DNA from: an uncultured Chloroflexia bacterium
Lineage (GTDB): Bacteria > Chloroflexota > Anaerolineae > CG2-30-64-16
Assembly (NCBI GenBank): GCA_963810095.1
Contig: CAWEMM010000006.1
Location: forward strand, 448,001-512,000
Length of the DNA stretch: 64,000 bases
Direction: 5' to 3'
Shown: piece by piece, positions 59,891 to 64,000 of the stretch
How the letters are laid out: each line of letters starts with the position of its first letter
Numbering within the stretch: the first letter of the stretch is position 1
Position numbers and translations under genes: made by a program
The notes under the pieces: generated by a model
The model's input: only the letters and a program-made list of their open reading frames with translations
What the model was told of the DNA's origin: nothing
The model's database searches: none

Positions 59891-61618
59891 ATGCCCATCT
59901 GCGACATTCCCGATACCATGCTCGCCTGGCCGCTGTATGGCGCGGGGCTCGATAACTTCGGCGTCGAAGGCCGGCCCGCGCGCTGGACAACGCCGCGCCC
60001 CGCGCCCGACCAGATTCTCGTCCGTTCGGACGCGGTGGGACTGTGCTACTCCGACGTCAAGGTGATTCGCCAGGGCTCGGGGCACCCCAGGTTATACAAC
60101 CGCGACCTGGCCTGCCACCCCGCGGTGCAGGGGCACGAGGTGACGATGACCGTGGCGGAGGTAGGGGAGGCATGGCGCGACCGCTTTGAGCCGGGCCAGC
60201 GGCTGGTGCTCCAGGCCGACATCTACTACCGGGGCAAAAACCTCGCCTACGGCTATGTCTTCGTGGGCGGTCTGGCCCAGTATAGCCTGCTTGGACCGGC
60301 GGCGCTCGACGGCGACGAGGGGTGTTACGCCATCCCCGTTCCCCCTGAAATGGGCTACGCCGAGGTAGCGCTGACCGAGCCTTGGGCCTGCGTCGAGGCC
60401 GCGTACGTCCCCCGCCGCCGGCTGCACGTCAAGAAGGACGGCGTCCTGTGGATCGTCGGCCGGCCCGGCCTGGACCGGCCCTACGTGCTCGGCGACACGC
60501 TGTGCTGCGGGCTGCCCCGGCGAATCCTGGCGACGAATATCCCGCAATCGCTGGCAGACCAGTTTACCTGGCCCCCTGTCGAGGCGCGCGACGGCGTTTC
60601 GCCCGAACGGTTCCGGGCCCTCATGGAGGCAGAGGCGCCGGGCGGCTTCGACGACGTCATCGTCCTCGATCCGACGCCCGAAGTGCTCGATGCGCTGCCG
60701 GGCGTCCTGGCACCGGGCGCGGTGGTCAACCTCGTCGGCGAGCGGCCGCTCGGCCGCCCTGTCCAGGTCGACGCCGGCCGCGTCCATTACGACTACACCG
60801 TCTACATCGGCGCCCGCGGGCCCGACCTGGCCGCAGCTTACGGGGAGGAACGCAACCGGACCGAAGTTCGGGCGGGCGGCACCGCCTGGATCATCGGGGG
60901 CGGCGGGCCGATGGGCCGGATGCACTTGCAGCGGATGCTGGAGATGCAGGGCGGGCCGCGGCGCGTGCTGGTGAGCGAGTCGAACGCCGGGCGCAACCCG
61001 GAGCTCGTCGCGGACTTTGGACCGTTGGCGCAGGCCCGCGGTATCGAGCTATCCGTGATCAGCCCGCGGCAGATGGCGCCGGATGCCTACGAAACGGCGG
61101 TGCGGGATTTTCGCGGGGCGACCGGCTTCGACGACGTCGTCGTGATCGTCGCGAGCGTGCCGGCCATCGAGGCGGCCATGCCGCACCTGGCGCCGGACGG
61201 CATGCTCCAGATCTTTGGCGGCCTCGCCCGCGGCACGCTCGCACAGCTGGACCTGTCGGGCGTCTACCTGGGCGGCGCCCAGATCACCGGCTCCGCGGGC
61301 TCGACCATCCAAGACCAGGCGTCCGTGCTCCACAAGGTTGCGGCCGGGCAGTTGTCGACGGCCGCGGCCGTCGCCGCCATCGGGGGCATCGACGCGGCCC
61401 GCGACGGGATGCAGGGGCTGATGGACGGCCGCTTCCCCGGCAAGATGGTCATCTACCCGCAGGTGGAGGCCTTTCCGCTGACCGCGCTGGCCGACCTGAA
61501 GGCCGTCGCGCCGGCGGTCTATGATTTGCTCGGTCCGCGCGGCGGATGGACCCGCGAGGCAGAAGCCGAGTTCCTGCGGACCTACGCGAACGGCGCGTAC
61601 GACGATGTGTCGTCTTAA
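59891..61618 (+). CDS. Zn-dependent MDR dehydrogenase, L-sorbose-1-phosphate reductase-like (long form)
   Basis: VGLCYSDVK, GHE, LTEPWACV, GGGGPMG, FPGKMVIYP. Confidence 0.8.
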   Translation: MPICDIPDTMLAWPLYGAGLDNFGVEGRPARWTTPRPAPDQILVRSDAVGLCYSDVKVIRQGSGHPRLYNRDLACHPAVQGHEVTMTVAEVGEAWRDRFEPGQRLVLQADIYYRGKNLAYGYVFVGGLAQYSLLGPAALDGDEGCYAIPVPPEMGYAEVALTEPWACVEAAYVPRRRLHVKKDGVLWIVGRPGLDRPYVLGDTLCCGLPRRILATNIPQSLADQFTWPPVEARDGVSPERFRALMEAEAPGGFDDVIVLDPTPEVLDALPGVLAPGAVVNLVGERPLGRPVQVDAGRVHYDYTVYIGARGPDLAAAYGEERNRTEVRAGGTAWIIGGGGPMGRMHLQRMLEMQGGPRRVLVSESNAGRNPELVADFGPLAQARGIELSVISPRQMAPDAYETAVRDFRGATGFDDVVVIVASVPAIEAAMPHLAPDGMLQIFGGLARGTLAQLDLSGVYLGGAQITGSAGSTIQDQASVLHKVAAGQLSTAAAVAAIGGIDAARDGMQGLMDGRFPGKMVIYPQVEAFPLTALADLKAVAPAVYDLLGPRGGWTREAEAEFLRTYANGAYDDVSS

Positions 61619-61700
61619 CAGGAAGAACCGAAGACGCAAAGGGGCACGAAAGCCTTTGTGAAACTTCCTTCTTTGGTTCTTGGTGTGAAGCAGTGCTGCC

Positions 61701-62870
61701 ATGAGTGAAGCGATCATTTTTGGCGCGGGGAATATCGGCCGCGGGTTCATGGGCCAGCTCTTCAGCGAGTCGGGCTACTTCGTCACGTTCGCGGATGTCG
61801 ACCGTGCGCTGCTCGACCGCCATCAATGCCCGGAACGCCTATACCATCCGGCTCGTGACGAACGAAGGGGCGGAGGCGGTCGAAGTTGGCCCGGTCGCCG
61901 CCCTGCACAGCAGCGACGAGGTCGACGCGGTGGCCGACGTGATCAGCCGGGCCGAAATCGGCGCGACCGCGGTAGGCGCGGGCGTGCTCAAGCACGTTGC
62001 GCCGGTGGTCGCGGCCGGCATCGAACGTCGCGCATTGCTGGGCAACAGCGCGCCGCTCAACCTGATCCTGTGCGAGAACCTGCACGGCGCGGCCCGCATC
62101 TTCCGTGACATGGTCCTGGCGCACCTGCCGCCGAACCTGCACCCGTTTGTCGCCGGCCACGTCGGGTTTGTCGACACCGTCATCGCGCGCATGGTGCCGC
62201 CGCTCACGCCGGAGCTGCGCGTCGAGGACCCCAGCCTGATCGTCGTGGAGCCGTATAAGGAGCTCCCTGTCGATCGGGACGCGTTTGTGGGGCCGGTGCC
62301 CGACGTGGTGGGCATGGTTCCCTTCGCACCCTTCGAGTTCTTCACCGAGCGCAAGCTGTACGTCCACAACGCCGGCCACGCTACGCTTGGCTACCTGGGC
62401 TATCTGAAGGGCTATGCATACGGCTATGAAGCGCTGGCCGACGACGAGATCTACTTCCAGGCGCGGGCGCGATGGAAGAGTCGGCCCTCGCATTGACCCG
62501 CAAGTTTCATCCCCCGGCGGGCAGCCTGCTCGCCAACATCGACGACCTGCTGCACCGGTTCGGGAATCGGGCTCTGGGCGACACGATTTTGCGGCTCGGC
62601 CGCGACCCGCTGCGCAAGCTCGCACCGGGCGACCGGCTTGCCGGCGCGGCGGTGAATGCAGCCGAAGAACGGGTGATGCCCGTGAATCTCGTGACCGGGC
62701 TGGCGGCGGGCCTCCACTTCAGCCACCCCGCCGACCGAATCGCCCAGGAACTGCAGGGGCGCATCAAGACGCTGGGCATCGAAAAGACCCTGGCCGAGGT
62801 CACCGGCATCTCGCCCGACGAAGAACTGGGACAGATGATTTTGGAACGGTACGCTGATTTAGCTGCCTGA
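61701..62870 (+). CDS. mtlD: Mannitol-1-phosphate 5-dehydrogenase family (frameshifts near 61820 and 62470)
   Basis: FGAGNIGRGF, TAVG, CEN, VIARMVP, ERKLYVHNAGHA, RFGN...RDPLRKL. Confidence 0.85.
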
Positions 62871-62881
62871 TCCGAAATGGC

Positions 62882-62974
62882 ACACTGATGCAACTGATTG
62901 AACTGATCTTCACTGTCCTTTGGGTGAAGATCGTTATAATCAGTCCGATCCGTTCAATCAGTGTGCTGTTTCAT
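62882..62974. repeat. Dispersed palindromic intergenic element (CTGAT, 9-nt period), copy 2
   Basis: Matches 27227-27310 with one extra 9-nt unit (AGATCGTTA). Confidence 0.85.
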
Positions 62975-63088
62975 CCCCCGTTGTCAAGCAGAGCGGGGTG
63001 AAGGTCCAGACTGATCTGCATGGCATTAAACCTGTAGGATCAGGCAGATCAGCCTGATCAGTCGAATCAGCGTCCTATTAAGGAGCAC

Positions 63089-63979
63089 ATGCCCCCAAGT
63101 CTCTCACCTCAAGCCGCGGCCCGGTTGGCGGCCGCGTTGCAGACGATCTACGACCGGCCCCAGCCGGCCGTGCCCTGGCGCGACGGCCAGAACCTGCCGT
63201 GGGACGACCCGGCGTTCAGCGCGCGCATGCTCGAACAGCACCTGGACCAGAGCCACGGCGCGGCCTCGCGGCGCACGCCCGAGATTCGCGGCCAGGTGCA
63301 AGTGATCAGGGAATGGCTGGGGCTGCACCCCGGCAGCCGCCTGTTCGACGTGACATGCGGGCCGGGCCTGTACGCGGTCGAGTTTGGGCGGCAGGGCATC
63401 GCTGTCACCGGGGTCGATTTCGGCCCCGCCTCCGTCGCCCATGCACGAGGGCTGACCGCGGGGCTGCCGGTGGAGATTCACCAGGGCGACGTACGGGAGA
63501 TGGATTTTGCCGGCCGAGACTTCGACGGGGCGATCTACCTGTACGGGCAGTTCACCGTGCTCCGGCCCGAGGAGTCGCTCGACGTGCTCCGCCGCATCCA
63601 TGCCGCGCTGCGGCCCGGCGCCCGGCTGTTGATCGAGGTGTTGAACGACGACCGCATCGACAAGAAGAACAACACCTGGTGGTACACCGATCAGGGCGGG
63701 CTGTGGGGCGATTTCCCATATCTGCACCTGGGCGAGCGAACCTGGGATGCGGAACAGCGCGCGATCATCGAGCGGTTCTACGTGCTGAATCTCGAAAATG
63801 GTGAGACGAGTTATTACGGCCTCTCTGACCAGGCATACACGACGGGCATGCTGACGCAGATGCTGGAGGAAGCCGGATTTGCCAATGTCACCGTTCACCC
63901 TGCCTGGGATGGGCTGGCGCTGAAAGACGCGGCCGAGTGGTGCGTGTACGTTGCAGAGCGAGGACCCAATGCCCGTTGA
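63089..63979 (+). CDS. Class I SAM-dependent methyltransferase
   Basis: LPWDDPAFSARMLEQHL, FDVTCGPGLY, VTGVDF, LRPGA; AAGGAG RBS. Confidence 0.85.
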   Translation: MPPSLSPQAAARLAAALQTIYDRPQPAVPWRDGQNLPWDDPAFSARMLEQHLDQSHGAASRRTPEIRGQVQVIREWLGLHPGSRLFDVTCGPGLYAVEFGRQGIAVTGVDFGPASVAHARGLTAGLPVEIHQGDVREMDFAGRDFDGAIYLYGQFTVLRPEESLDVLRRIHAALRPGARLLIEVLNDDRIDKKNNTWWYTDQGGLWGDFPYLHLGERTWDAEQRAIIERFYVLNLENGETSYYGLSDQAYTTGMLTQMLEEAGFANVTVHPAWDGLALKDAAEWCVYVAERGPNAR

Positions 63980-64000
63980 TGCTGCCCGTCCGGTCGTTGC

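Overview
GC-rich (roughly two-thirds G+C by eye) bacterial chromosomal segment. Gene content, Ala/Pro-rich lipoprotein linkers and intergenic palindromes suggest Chloroflexota/Anaerolineae (inference). Many single-base frameshifts in ordinary genes point to long-read indel errors. Left to right: (1) a minus-strand PTS/polyol operon (gatABC-like EII, HPr, EI, AraD-like epimerase); (2) a ~16.3 kb genomic island (5606-21943) bounded by two identical full-length tRNA-Arg(CCT) genes, each abutted on the island side by a 61-bp imperfect inverted repeat containing a tandem pair of NrdR-box-like palindromes; it carries a XerC/D-sized tyrosine recombinase and about 18 small stress/detox genes, three of which follow a decayed 3' end of a different integrase family and two of which end in decayed attC-like sites; (3) housekeeping genes (S8 protease, RsbU/W/V-like trio, gpmA, fdhD, P5C dehydrogenase, tRNA-Met/fMet/Leu, secG, fused cydDC); (4) a carbohydrate region with two sugar ABC systems whose binding proteins have 2 and 3 tandem domains, three UroD/MtaA-family enzymes, a PfkB kinase, two DeoR regulators with an apparently circularly permuted sugar-binding domain, and polyol-phosphate dehydrogenases. 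The island architecture is the best candidate for an undescribed system. All calls are from reading the sequence; no searches were run.
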